In this document: piece by piece, positions 9,700 through 18,637 of the stretch
How the letters are laid out: the number at the start of each line of letters is the position of its first letter
How positions within the stretch are numbered: position 1 is the first letter of the stretch
DNA from: Polyangiaceae bacterium
GTDB lineage: Bacteria; Myxococcota_A; Polyangia; Polyangiales; Polyangiaceae
Direction: 5' to 3'
Assembly: GCA_965222375.1 (NCBI GenBank)
Contig: CBDCTZ010000013.1
Location: 608,001-672,000, forward strand
DNA length: 64,000 nt
The notes under the pieces: model-generated
What the model was told of the DNA's origin: nothing
Databases searched by the model: none
The model's input: only the letters and a program-made list of their open reading frames with translations
Translations under genes and position numbers: made by a program

Positions 9700-11177
9700 G
9701 CCCCAGTCGCCTCCGCCAGCAGCTCATGCTCGTTCAGAGCTGCAGCCAAGCGGGCGTCACCCAACACGCCACGGCGCATGACCGCCACGCGATCGCAGAT
9801 CTCCAACAGCTCGCTCAAGGTACTGGAGACCACGACGACCGCCTTGCCCCTAGCGGCAAGCTCATCGATCTGGCCGTGGATCTCCGCGCGGCTCCGGACG
9901 TCAACGCCGCGCGTGGGTTCGTCCAGCAACAACACGTCCACGTCGTGTTGCAGCAGGCGCGCCAAAGCGACCTTTTGCTGATTGCCCCCTGACAGTTCGG
10001 AGCTGGTTTGAGTCACGTCGTGACAGCGGATGCCGAGCTTGTCGACCCAGTGCTGTGCTGCCTTGGCTTCGGCGCGAGGGGATAGCAGGCCCCGGCGACG
10101 AAATGACGCCAGGCTCGAGAGCGTGATGTTGTCTCGAATGCTCTGATCGAGGGCCAGCCCTTCCTGTTTTCGATCCTCGCTCAATAGGCCAACGCCCTGG
10201 TCCAAACGCTGAGTTGGCGAGCCGGGTCCGCTCAAAGCAAGCACGCGCAGCTTGCCTGAGACCACGGGATCCAATCCGAACACCGCGCGCAATAGCTCCG
10301 TGCGCCCTGAACCCACCAAGCCCGCGATCCCGAGTACTTCGCCCCGCCGGAGCTGCAAGCTGGCCTGCTTGGGCAGCGGCGAGCCCTGCAAGTCCTCCAG
10401 CTCGAGCACACATTCCCCGGGGGATCGAGCTTTCTTCTGCCGCTTGGCTACTTCCTGCCCCGCCATGAGCGCAACGAAGCCGTCGTTGTCGGTTTCGGCG
10501 ACTCGCCCGCTCTGGACGACCTTTCCGTCGCGCAGCACGGTGTAGTCGTCCGCGACCCGGCGCACCTCTTCCAGGAAGTGAGAGATGTACAGCACGCTCA
10601 GGCCCTCCGCGGCAAGCGCGCGCACGGTGGATAGAAGGCGGTCCGCGTCCACACGGGATAGGCTGCTCGTGGGCTCGTCCAAAATGAGCAGTTTCGGGGC
10701 CGCCATCGCCAGAGCACGCGCGATCTCCACGAGTTGGCGATCTGCCGGAGACAACTCGGCAACCAACGCATTCGCGCGCAGCCGGCCGACGGCCCCGGTT
10801 ACTCGCTGCAGGACCCCATGAACCAATTCGTCGACTTCGCCTCGGCGCACGAAGCCGCGGCTGGCAGGTTCCACGCCGAGCACGATGTTCTCTGCCACGG
10901 TCAGGTCGGGGCATACTGAAAGCTCCTGGTAAACGATGCCCACACCCCGACGACGAGCCGATAGTGGGCTGTCCGGTTCGTAGCTCTCGGCATCGAGAAA
11001 AAGCCGCCCAGCATCCGCGGGTTGCGCGCCGGCAACGATCTTCATCAGTGTGCTCTTGCCCGCACCGTTTTCTCCAATGACGGCGTGCACCTGTCCCGGT
11101 GCGACTTCGAAGCTCACTTCGGTCAGCGCACGAGTTCGCCCAAACGCCTTGGAAACGCCCTCCAAGCGGAGGCGCAT
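9696..11177 (-). CDS. Monosaccharide ABC transporter ATP-binding protein (RbsA-like, two NBDs)
   Basis: GENGAGKST, ILDEPT, GLVGSGRTE, LSGGNQQK, LLDEPTRGVD. Confidence 0.93.
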   Translation of the reverse strand: MRLRLEGVSKAFGRTRALTEVSFEVAPGQVHAVIGENGAGKSTLMKIVAGAQPADAGRLFLDAESYEPDSPLSARRRGVGIVYQELSVCPDLTVAENIVLGVEPASRGFVRRGEVDELVHGVLQRVTGAVGRLRANALVAELSPADRQLVEIARALAMAAPKLLILDEPTSSLSRVDADRLLSTVRALAAEGLSVLYISHFLEEVRRVADDYTVLRDGKVVQSGRVAETDNDGFVALMAGQEVAKRQKKARSPGECVLELEDLQGSPLPKQASLQLRRGEVLGIAGLVGSGRTELLRAVFGLDPVVSGKLRVLALSGPGSPTQRLDQGVGLLSEDRKQEGLALDQSIRDNITLSSLASFRRRGLLSPRAEAKAAQHWVDKLGIRCHDVTQTSSELSGGNQQKVALARLLQHDVDVLLLDEPTRGVDVRSRAEIHGQIDELAARGKAVVVVSSTLSELLEICDRVAVMRRGVLGDARLAAALNEHELLAEATGA

Positions 11178-11179
11178 CG

Positions 11180-12181
11180 CTACTTCCCGAGCCACTTGTC
11201 GATCTCGGGCCGAAGCAGGCGCGCGATCTCGGGCTTTTGCATGTTTGCTTTGTCCACCAGGGTCGCGCCCGTGTCGATACGCTTCTCGACCTGGCTGCCG
11301 CGAATGTGGGAGACCTGCGTCTTGACGGCGGTGTAACCCATGTTGAACGGATCCTGCAGCACCAACGCGTCGATCTGACCTGCCTTCACTCCCTGGACCA
11401 GCTTGTCCGAGGCATCGAAGCCAATGAAGCGGATCTTGCCGGCAAGCTTCGCCTTCTGCAACGCAAGCAACATGCCGAAGGTCGTGGACTCATTGGGGCA
11501 AAACACGCCGTTGACGTCCCCCTTTTCCGCGCCCTTTGCGAGCAGCAGGCTTTCGCTGGCAGAGAATGCGGTCTCCGTCGTGGCGCCCCCGTATTGGTTG
11601 TCGCTGACCAGCTGGATGCCCGAGTGTTTCTTGATTCCCTCTAGAAACCCCTCTTCGCGCTCGAAGGTGCTGGCCGAGCCTTCTTGGTAGCGGAGCAGGA
11701 TGACTTTGCCGCTGCTACCAACCAGCTTCGCCATGCGTTCACCCGCCAGCCGCCCGGCTGCGCGGTTGTCGGTCGCGACGAAGCTCACCGTGGCGTCCGC
11801 CGCAAGCGCGGAATCGAAGATCACGACCGGGATCTTCGCGCGCACCGCACCCTTCACGCTGGAAACCAGCGCCTTGTCGTTGAGAGGTGCCAGAACAATC
11901 CCCGACACGCCTTGGGCGGTGAAGCTCTGAACCAAGTCGATCTGGCTCTTGAGGTCGTCCTCTTTCAACGGCCCCTTCCAGACCACGTCGACATCGAGTT
12001 CGCCGGCCGCTTTCATCGCCCCGGCGTGCACGGCCTTCCAGAACTCGTGAGTGGTGCCTTTGGGAATCACGGCGATGCGCAGCCGCCCCGAGGCCGCGCC
12101 ACTTCCGGAAGGTGCCGTTCCACTCTTCTTGTCGCAGCCCAGCAGCAGCAGCGAGCCCCCTAGGAATGTCCTTCTTCTCAC
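11180..12181 (-). CDS. Monosaccharide ABC transporter substrate-binding lipoprotein (periplasmic binding protein type 1)
   Basis: RRRTFLGG...LLGC (Tat-like signal plus lipobox), IPKGTTHEFW, FVATDN, LQDPFNMGY. GTG start chosen. Confidence 0.9.
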   Translation of the reverse strand: MRRRTFLGGSLLLLGCDKKSGTAPSGSGAASGRLRIAVIPKGTTHEFWKAVHAGAMKAAGELDVDVVWKGPLKEDDLKSQIDLVQSFTAQGVSGIVLAPLNDKALVSSVKGAVRAKIPVVIFDSALAADATVSFVATDNRAAGRLAGERMAKLVGSSGKVILLRYQEGSASTFEREEGFLEGIKKHSGIQLVSDNQYGGATTETAFSASESLLLAKGAEKGDVNGVFCPNESTTFGMLLALQKAKLAGKIRFIGFDASDKLVQGVKAGQIDALVLQDPFNMGYTAVKTQVSHIRGSQVEKRIDTGATLVDKANMQKPEIARLLRPEIDKWLGK

Positions 12182-12276
12182 CCGCTGCTTTCTAACACGG
12201 CAGAAGACGCCCGCCCACGCCCCGTCGTGGGCCAATTGCGCTCGAGGCGGCCAGGTCTCGGCGTAGACTGGGCCGC

Positions 12277-13785
12277 GTGCCAGACGCTCGACTCCAAATT
12301 CTCGATGTGTCCAAGACCTTTGGCAACACCCGTGCCCTGAGCCATGTGTCCTTCGAGGTGCGCGCTGGAGCAGTGCACGCGCTGGCCGGGGAGAACGGAG
12401 CCGGCAAGAGCACGTTGATCAAGATCTTGGCGGGCGTTCACACGGACTACTCGGGCCAGGTCCGCGTGGACGGCGGCTTGCTGCGGTTCAGCAGCCCCCG
12501 CGCTGCCGTGGCCGCGGGCATTGCAACCATCCACCAAGAGCTATCACTGGTTGGGAGCATGAGCGTGGCCGACAACCTTGCCCTGGGAAAGCCCCGCAGG
12601 CTCCTGGGGTTGGCACGGCGAAATAACGTGCGTGCCTGGGCCCGCACGCTCCTTCGTGAACACCGCTTGGACGTCGACCCGGATGCGCTAGTCGAAGAGC
12701 TGCCGCTGGGAAAGCGGCAGCTGATCGAGATCGCCCGGGCGCTGTCTCAAGACGCCAAAGTGCTCATTCTAGATGAACCCACGAGTGCCTTGGGTGAGCA
12801 AGAGGCCGCACAACTCTTCGAACACCTCGAGCGCCTGCGTGATGCGGGCAGGAGCATCATCTACATCTCCCACCGGATGGAGGAGATCTATCGGGTAGCG
12901 TCTAGCATCACGGTGCTGCGAGATGGCCAGCACGTGCTCACACGGAAGATAGCTGAGCTTCCGGAAGCCGAACTGGTCGCAGCCATGGTCGGAGAACAAC
13001 TTCCCCAGAGGACCCAGGCCATCGAGAGTTCGCCGCCCGCGAAACAGGACGTGCCGCGACTCGAGGCCCGCAACCTGAGTGTGGAGTCGTCGGCGGGGCG
13101 GGTGGACGCGGCGACGCTCCGAGCTTTTCCAGGAGAAATCTTGGGCTTGGCGGGGCTCCACGGATCCGGCGCCAGCACACTGCTGAGCGCCCTCGGTGGC
13201 GGCGCGCGCGGCAGGTTGCAAGGGGCGATTTTCTTGGACGGCGGCGAGGTCAAACTGCGGTCGCCGCGTGCAGCAATCGCCCAGGGCGTGATCCAATTGG
13301 CGAGCGACCGAAACGAGAGTGTACTCGCCGAGATGAGCGTTTTGGACAACGCGATGTTGTCCAGTCTGCGACGACACTCTTCCTGGGGCATGCTGCGGCG
13401 AAGCCGAGCGACTGCCATGGTGTCGCAGCATGCAAAGACCCTGAAGCTGAAGACCAGTTCCGTGAGCGCCTTGGCGACGGAGCTGTCCGGCGGTAATCAG
13501 CAAAAGGTAGCGCTCATTCGCTGCTTGCTAACGCAGCCGCGGGTCCTGCTGCTAGACGAGCCAACCCGTGGCATTGACATCGGCGCCAAGGCGGACGTGT
13601 ACCGCCTGATCCGCAGGCTCGCCACACAAGGCGTCAGCATCGTGCTCTCCAGCACCGAGCTCGAAGAGCTATGCGGACTGTGTCATCGCGTTGTCGTGAT
13701 GACGCGCGGCCGGATCGCCGCGGAGTTTGTCCAAGAGGACCTGAAACGCCAGCGCTTGCTCACCGCCATGATGGGAGCTCCATGA
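12277..13785 (+). CDS. Monosaccharide ABC transporter ATP-binding protein (second system)
   Basis: GENGAGKST, ILDEPT, LSGGNQQK, LLDEPTRGIDIGAK. Confidence 0.93.
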   Translation: MPDARLQILDVSKTFGNTRALSHVSFEVRAGAVHALAGENGAGKSTLIKILAGVHTDYSGQVRVDGGLLRFSSPRAAVAAGIATIHQELSLVGSMSVADNLALGKPRRLLGLARRNNVRAWARTLLREHRLDVDPDALVEELPLGKRQLIEIARALSQDAKVLILDEPTSALGEQEAAQLFEHLERLRDAGRSIIYISHRMEEIYRVASSITVLRDGQHVLTRKIAELPEAELVAAMVGEQLPQRTQAIESSPPAKQDVPRLEARNLSVESSAGRVDAATLRAFPGEILGLAGLHGSGASTLLSALGGGARGRLQGAIFLDGGEVKLRSPRAAIAQGVIQLASDRNESVLAEMSVLDNAMLSSLRRHSSWGMLRRSRATAMVSQHAKTLKLKTSSVSALATELSGGNQQKVALIRCLLTQPRVLLLDEPTRGIDIGAKADVYRLIRRLATQGVSIVLSSTELEELCGLCHRVVVMTRGRIAAEFVQEDLKRQRLLTAMMGAP

Positions 13786-14792
13786 CGGCCGCAGTGTTGC
13801 GCGCGCTGTCGCATCCGGCGATTCGTGCCGGACTTCCCCTCGTCGCTGTCTTGATCGTCGGGTCCATTTTCCACCGTGAGGGCGCGTTTTTCGAGTGGGA
13901 AACTCACCGCGCCATGCTGCGCGAAATCTCCGTGCACGGTATCTTGGCCTGCGGAATGACCGTGGTGATCATCACGGCAGGCATCGACCTATCCGTGGGC
14001 AGCGTGCTGGCGCTCGCGGCGGTTTCTTTTGCGCTCTTTTCCATGCCCATGGGTTGGTCCGCGTGGCTGTCCATCAGCGTCGTGCTCGCCCTGGGCACTG
14101 TGGCTGGCGCAGTCAACGGCGTGCTGGTGGCGATCCCACGGATTCAGGCCTTCATCGTCACGCTGGCCAGCATGGTATTCGCTCGGGGCCTCGCCAAGGA
14201 ACTTGCCGATGGCAAAAAGGTCACCTCCAGCTTTCAACTGGAGGACGGCAGTTTCACCAGCGTGCCGCAACCCGCCATCTTCGAGACGATCGATGCGCGG
14301 GTGCTCGGGGGACATATTTCCGTGGTCACCCTGGTCTTCCTGGGCTGCGCAGCCGTCACTTGGGTGATCCTGACTCGACTGAGCGTCGGACGTTACCTCC
14401 ATGCCGCGGGCGGCAACCTCGAGGCGGCACGCCTCTCCGGAGTGCCCGTCCGCGCCACCCTCATTTTCGCCTACGCCTTCGCCGGATTGCTCGCCGCCAT
14501 CGCCGGCATTTGCCAAGCCGCGCAAGAAACCCACGGCGACCCGGAAACTGGTTTGGGCTACGAGCTGGATGCGATCGCCATGGTCGTTCTAGGCGGCACG
14601 AGTCTGATGGGCGGCCGCGGTGGCGTCGGGTTGACTCTCGTGGGAGCCCTGACCCTCGGCTACTTGCAAAAAGTGCTGAGCCTGAATGCCTTCAGCACGG
14701 AGGCGCGACTCATGCTGACTGGCGCCATCATCATCGCGGCCGTGCTGTTCCAGCGAGGCTTTCGACTGCGGGCGAAGCCCGGCGGAGCGTGA
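13782..14792 (+). CDS. Monosaccharide ABC transporter permease (second system)
   Basis: AGIDLSVGS, AFIVTLA, GGNLEAARLSGV, GYELDAIA. ATGA overlap with the ATPase stop. Confidence 0.93.
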   Translation: MTAAVLRALSHPAIRAGLPLVAVLIVGSIFHREGAFFEWETHRAMLREISVHGILACGMTVVIITAGIDLSVGSVLALAAVSFALFSMPMGWSAWLSISVVLALGTVAGAVNGVLVAIPRIQAFIVTLASMVFARGLAKELADGKKVTSSFQLEDGSFTSVPQPAIFETIDARVLGGHISVVTLVFLGCAAVTWVILTRLSVGRYLHAAGGNLEAARLSGVPVRATLIFAYAFAGLLAAIAGICQAAQETHGDPETGLGYELDAIAMVVLGGTSLMGGRGGVGLTLVGALTLGYLQKVLSLNAFSTEARLMLTGAIIIAAVLFQRGFRLRAKPGGA

Positions 14793-14859
14793 TCGAATCC
14801 AGGAGTTAGAGGGAGCACACGCACTGACCACGTGCAACCGCAGGCAATCCGGCTTCGCG

Positions 14860-15978
14860 TCAGTGCCGGGCTTCCATCCACGAGATTATCGAGCCGCCCT
14901 CGTTCGTTCCGTAGAGCGAAGCCTCGACGCCGACGAAGCCAACGAAATTCTCTTGGTCATCCAGTATCTGAAGAAGTGGAGCAAGATGCCCACCCCGGGC
15001 GGGATTGGCGCAACCGTTGTTGGTCAGTGCGACGTTTTCCAGCTGATGGTACCAATACACCTTGCGCCCTTCGGGCTGTTTGGGGTCCGCCACGAAGTAG
15101 GTGTGGTAACCCGTCTCGTCGTAGGGAATGGAGGGTTGGTTTGACGTACCCTGCAAGACCGGAGACGAAGCGCACAGTTGATAGCTAGAAAGATAGATTG
15201 TGGTGGCAGCGTTGATCGTTGGCTTGTTCCAGTATTGAGCGTATGTCGTGAGCTTCAACGGTCCGCTTTGCTGTATTGCGCTCGCGGTCGCGGTCGTAGA
15301 CAGCGACGCTTGGGAGCCGAAAGCCTTGGCATACACTGCAGAAACGTTCTCATAGTTGTGGCCCACGATGCTGAGCTCAGCGTATGTGCCATGGTCAATG
15401 GTCTCGTAACGCTCCCAGAACCCGCCTGACCATTGGATGATGATCTGGCCGTCTTCCCAGTCGTAGGTTCCCTCGCGCGTTTTGGGTAGAGCGCCGGGCT
15501 CAAATCCCGCCGAAGTCCAAACACTGCAAACGTAGCTGCAACCCTTGGTGTCGTAGCCGGTGGCGGCCCGCCAGAGATCGATGTTGTGCGGGTCCGGCGT
15601 ATTCTTCTGGCTCCAAATCCAGTAGCGCTCCTGCACTGTACCGTCCTTGGCGAAGAGCCACTTGGACAATCTCGCCACTGCCGCGTTGTGTCGCGCCAGC
15701 ATCAGGGCAAAAACGAAGTACTTCCTCCCCAAGGGAAGGGAGGCCGTTGGGTCCGCGTCGGCATCTGCCTGGGTGTCACCGACTGCGTCCAATGCGCCGT
15801 CACTGGCCGTTGAATGGTCCCAAGCTGAATCGCCGAGTCCCGAGTCCTGCTCTTGGACCCGACCGGGATTGGCCTCATCGCCACAGGCGGCGAGTAGAAA
15901 CGAGAGGAACAGCAGCCGATGTGCCGCGCCGAATCCTAGAAGAGTGCGAACTTCTTCTGTTCTCGTAACCACGACCAC
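14860..15978 (-). CDS. Orphan secreted lipoprotein of unknown function
   Basis: Lipobox LAAC, an acidic linker, then an aromatic-rich globular domain of about 290 aa. Start uncertain. Confidence 0.7.
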   Translation of the reverse strand: MVVVTRTEEVRTLLGFGAAHRLLFLSFLLAACGDEANPGRVQEQDSGLGDSAWDHSTASDGALDAVGDTQADADADPTASLPLGRKYFVFALMLARHNAAVARLSKWLFAKDGTVQERYWIWSQKNTPDPHNIDLWRAATGYDTKGCSYVCSVWTSAGFEPGALPKTREGTYDWEDGQIIIQWSGGFWERYETIDHGTYAELSIVGHNYENVSAVYAKAFGSQASLSTTATASAIQQSGPLKLTTYAQYWNKPTINAATTIYLSSYQLCASSPVLQGTSNQPSIPYDETGYHTYFVADPKQPEGRKVYWYHQLENVALTNNGCANPARGGHLAPLLQILDDQENFVGFVGVEASLYGTNEGGSIISWMEARH

Positions 15979-16139
15979 AATGCAATAGCACGTCTGGAGG
16001 GCTTTCAGAGGCACGCGGCCGCAACCCGCCCGGTCGAGGCTGCAAGGGCCCCCGGGCGAGCCCGCCGCCGAGCGGCCGCCGTCGCGGGGAGCCACCCAAG
16101 AGACCCACCGAGGACTTGATCCGCACGGAAAGCGGCGCG

Positions 16140-17123
16140 ATGAACGACGGCATGCACACCTCCTGGCGCCTCCTGTGCGCACTAGTCGGACTGGCGGCCC
16201 TCGGCTGCAACGACAAGCCCACCGCCGAGCAGGGTCCGGCGTCCTCCGCCAGCGCCAAGGCCAAGGCTTTCGTGATCGGCATGAGCCAGTGCAACTTGGG
16301 CGAGCCCTGGCGGGTACAGATGAATGCCGACATCGCGCAGGCAGCGAAACAGCACGCGACGCTGTCCGTCGTGTTCAAGGACGCCCAGAACGACTCCTTG
16401 CGCCAGAGGGCGCAGGTGGAGGAGTTGGTACAGCAGAAGATCGATCTGCTGATCATCTCTCCAAAAGAGGCAGCCCCTCTGACCAAGCCTGTCGCCGAGG
16501 TATTCAAGCGGGGCATTCCCGTGATTGTCCTCGACCGAGCCGTGCAAGGCGACGCCTACACGACGTTCATCGGCGCCGATAATCAACGCATTGGGCGAGC
16601 GGCCGGCAAGTGGGCCCGAGAGGCTCTCGGTGGCAAGGGAAGCATCGTCGAACTCAAGGGCCTGATGACGAGCACCCCGGGTCAAGATCGCCATAAGGGC
16701 TTCCGGAAGGGACTCGACCTCGCTGCCAACCCCGACCTGAAGATCGTGTTCGAGGCAGACATGCAGTGGCTGGAGCCAAATTCGCGCAAGGAAATGGAGT
16801 CCGCGCTGACCACGCAGAAGTCGATCGACTTGGTGTATGCCCACAACGATCCCGGTGCCCACGGCGCATGGCTTGCGGCGAAGGCCGCCGGGCGTCACGA
16901 GCGGACGAAATTCATCGGCATTGACGCGTTGCCCCACGAAGGAGTGCGCTACGTGAAAGACGGCGTACTGGACGCCACTTTTCTCTATCCCACTGGCGGC
17001 AAGCGGGCGATCGAAGTGGCACTCCAGTTGCTGCAAGGCAAGAAGGCTCCCAAGAAGATCGTGCTTGGAACGAAGCTGTTCACCAAGGACAACGTCGACG
17101 AGGGCGGACAGGAGATCCAATGA
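16140..17123 (+). CDS. Monosaccharide ABC transporter substrate-binding lipoprotein (second system)
   Basis: Lipobox ALGC, IGMSQCNLGEPWR, FIGADN, YAHNDPGA, FIGID. Confidence 0.92.
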   Translation: MNDGMHTSWRLLCALVGLAALGCNDKPTAEQGPASSASAKAKAFVIGMSQCNLGEPWRVQMNADIAQAAKQHATLSVVFKDAQNDSLRQRAQVEELVQQKIDLLIISPKEAAPLTKPVAEVFKRGIPVIVLDRAVQGDAYTTFIGADNQRIGRAAGKWAREALGGKGSIVELKGLMTSTPGQDRHKGFRKGLDLAANPDLKIVFEADMQWLEPNSRKEMESALTTQKSIDLVYAHNDPGAHGAWLAAKAAGRHERTKFIGIDALPHEGVRYVKDGVLDATFLYPTGGKRAIEVALQLLQGKKAPKKIVLGTKLFTKDNVDEGGQEIQ

Positions 17124-18637
17124 GCAAGAAAGTCGCAGTCTATTGGCCCGGTGACGCGCGCGAAAAGCCGAACGAGGTGGCGATACCCAGCATCGAGGCC
17201 GCGACCCAGCAACTCGAACGTGCCTTGCGAAAGCTCGGCCGCGAGCCCTTCCGCGTCGAAGGCTTCCTGAGCAAACCCCATGAAGCCATCGAGAAGCTCG
17301 GCCCCGTGGACGATCCCATCGTCGGCGTCTTCGTGCATTGGGTCTACGGGCCGCACACAACCGACGGCGTGGTGGGCAAGGAAAACCCACTTCTGCTCGC
17401 GTCCAACTTCAGTGGCAAGTGGCCGGGGCTGGTCGGCTTGTTGAACACGGGTGCGTGTCTGGAGAGCCTGAACCGTAAGCACTCACGGATCTGGACCGAC
17501 TCGGAGGATTGGAGCGCCGACCCCACGTTCATGCAGCGCCTGGATGAGTGGTGTTCGTCGGGAGCCATCACCTACTCGGAAACGGCAATTACCCGGCATG
17601 CGCCGATTGGCAACGACGCGGCCGCCCGCGCTCGCCGCGTGGCGGAGGACATTCGTCGCCGGCGACCCCTGATCATGATGTTCGGGGATACATCCATGGG
17701 GATGATCAATGGCTACTTCGGCCCACAGCGCCTAGCACCCCACGGGTTTTCCGAGCACAAGATCGACCAGGCCTGGCTGATCCATCGCGGCAAAAGCATC
17801 GGCGACAAGCGCATCGACGATGCTTTGAAATTCGTGAAGGACAAGGGCCTGGTGTTTCACTGGGGTGAGGGCGAAGGGACCGACTTTTCGGAAGCCGACA
17901 CCCGGGAGCAGCTCCGGGACTACTTGGTGGCGCTGGATCTCATGGACGAGTACGGCGCTGACTGCCTGGGCTGGCAGTACCAACTCGGCCTGATCCCTCT
18001 GCGTCCTCCATCAGACTTGGCGGAAGGACTGCTCAACTCGGCGTGTCGCCCGGAAAGCAATGGCGAGACCATCGCCACCGCGACCGAAGCAGATCAGGGC
18101 AACGTCGTGCCCATGGAAATGCTGAAGCGCTTGTTGAAGGACAAAGGGCTACACCAGGCGGTGATGTTCCACGACGTGCGCTGGGGCGGGGAGCACGAAG
18201 GTCGCTTCCTATGGGTGCTGCTCAACTCGGGCTCTTGCGGCGCCTACGCCTTCAATCACGATCCCGACACGCTTCAGGGGGCGCATAGCTATCGCCAGCC
18301 CGCCATGTACTTCCCAACGCCCGGCGGCACCCTAGCTGGGGAAAGCCTGCCGGGCGCCATCACCTGGGCGCGAGCCTATTTGAAGGAGGACGTACTCTGG
18401 ATGGACATCGGTCGCGGTGAGGTCGTCAAACTGCCCGCGGACAAGCGAGACGCATGGTGGGAAGGCACCACCCGTCAGTGGCCCTTCATGGCCGCGGACC
18501 TAGGCATCGGCCGCGATACCCTGATGGCCCACTACCTCTCCAACCACGTGGCTGTGGCCTATGGCGACGTCTTCGGTGAGATGGTCGCGCTGAGCCAAGA
18601 ACTCGGCTTTCGCGTACGCGTACTCGAGGAACGATGA
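17120..18637 (+). CDS. L-fucose/D-arabinose isomerase-like protein
   Basis: 505 aa with WPGLVGLLN, SMGMIN, GWQYQLG, TEADQG, FHDVRWG, NSG and SNHVAVAYG, resembling the FucI/AraA-like fold. Coupled by ATGA overlaps to the binding protein and the kinase. Confidence 0.7.
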   Translation: MSKKVAVYWPGDAREKPNEVAIPSIEAATQQLERALRKLGREPFRVEGFLSKPHEAIEKLGPVDDPIVGVFVHWVYGPHTTDGVVGKENPLLLASNFSGKWPGLVGLLNTGACLESLNRKHSRIWTDSEDWSADPTFMQRLDEWCSSGAITYSETAITRHAPIGNDAAARARRVAEDIRRRRPLIMMFGDTSMGMINGYFGPQRLAPHGFSEHKIDQAWLIHRGKSIGDKRIDDALKFVKDKGLVFHWGEGEGTDFSEADTREQLRDYLVALDLMDEYGADCLGWQYQLGLIPLRPPSDLAEGLLNSACRPESNGETIATATEADQGNVVPMEMLKRLLKDKGLHQAVMFHDVRWGGEHEGRFLWVLLNSGSCGAYAFNHDPDTLQGAHSYRQPAMYFPTPGGTLAGESLPGAITWARAYLKEDVLWMDIGRGEVVKLPADKRDAWWEGTTRQWPFMAADLGIGRDTLMAHYLSNHVAVAYGDVFGEMVALSQELGFRVRVLEER

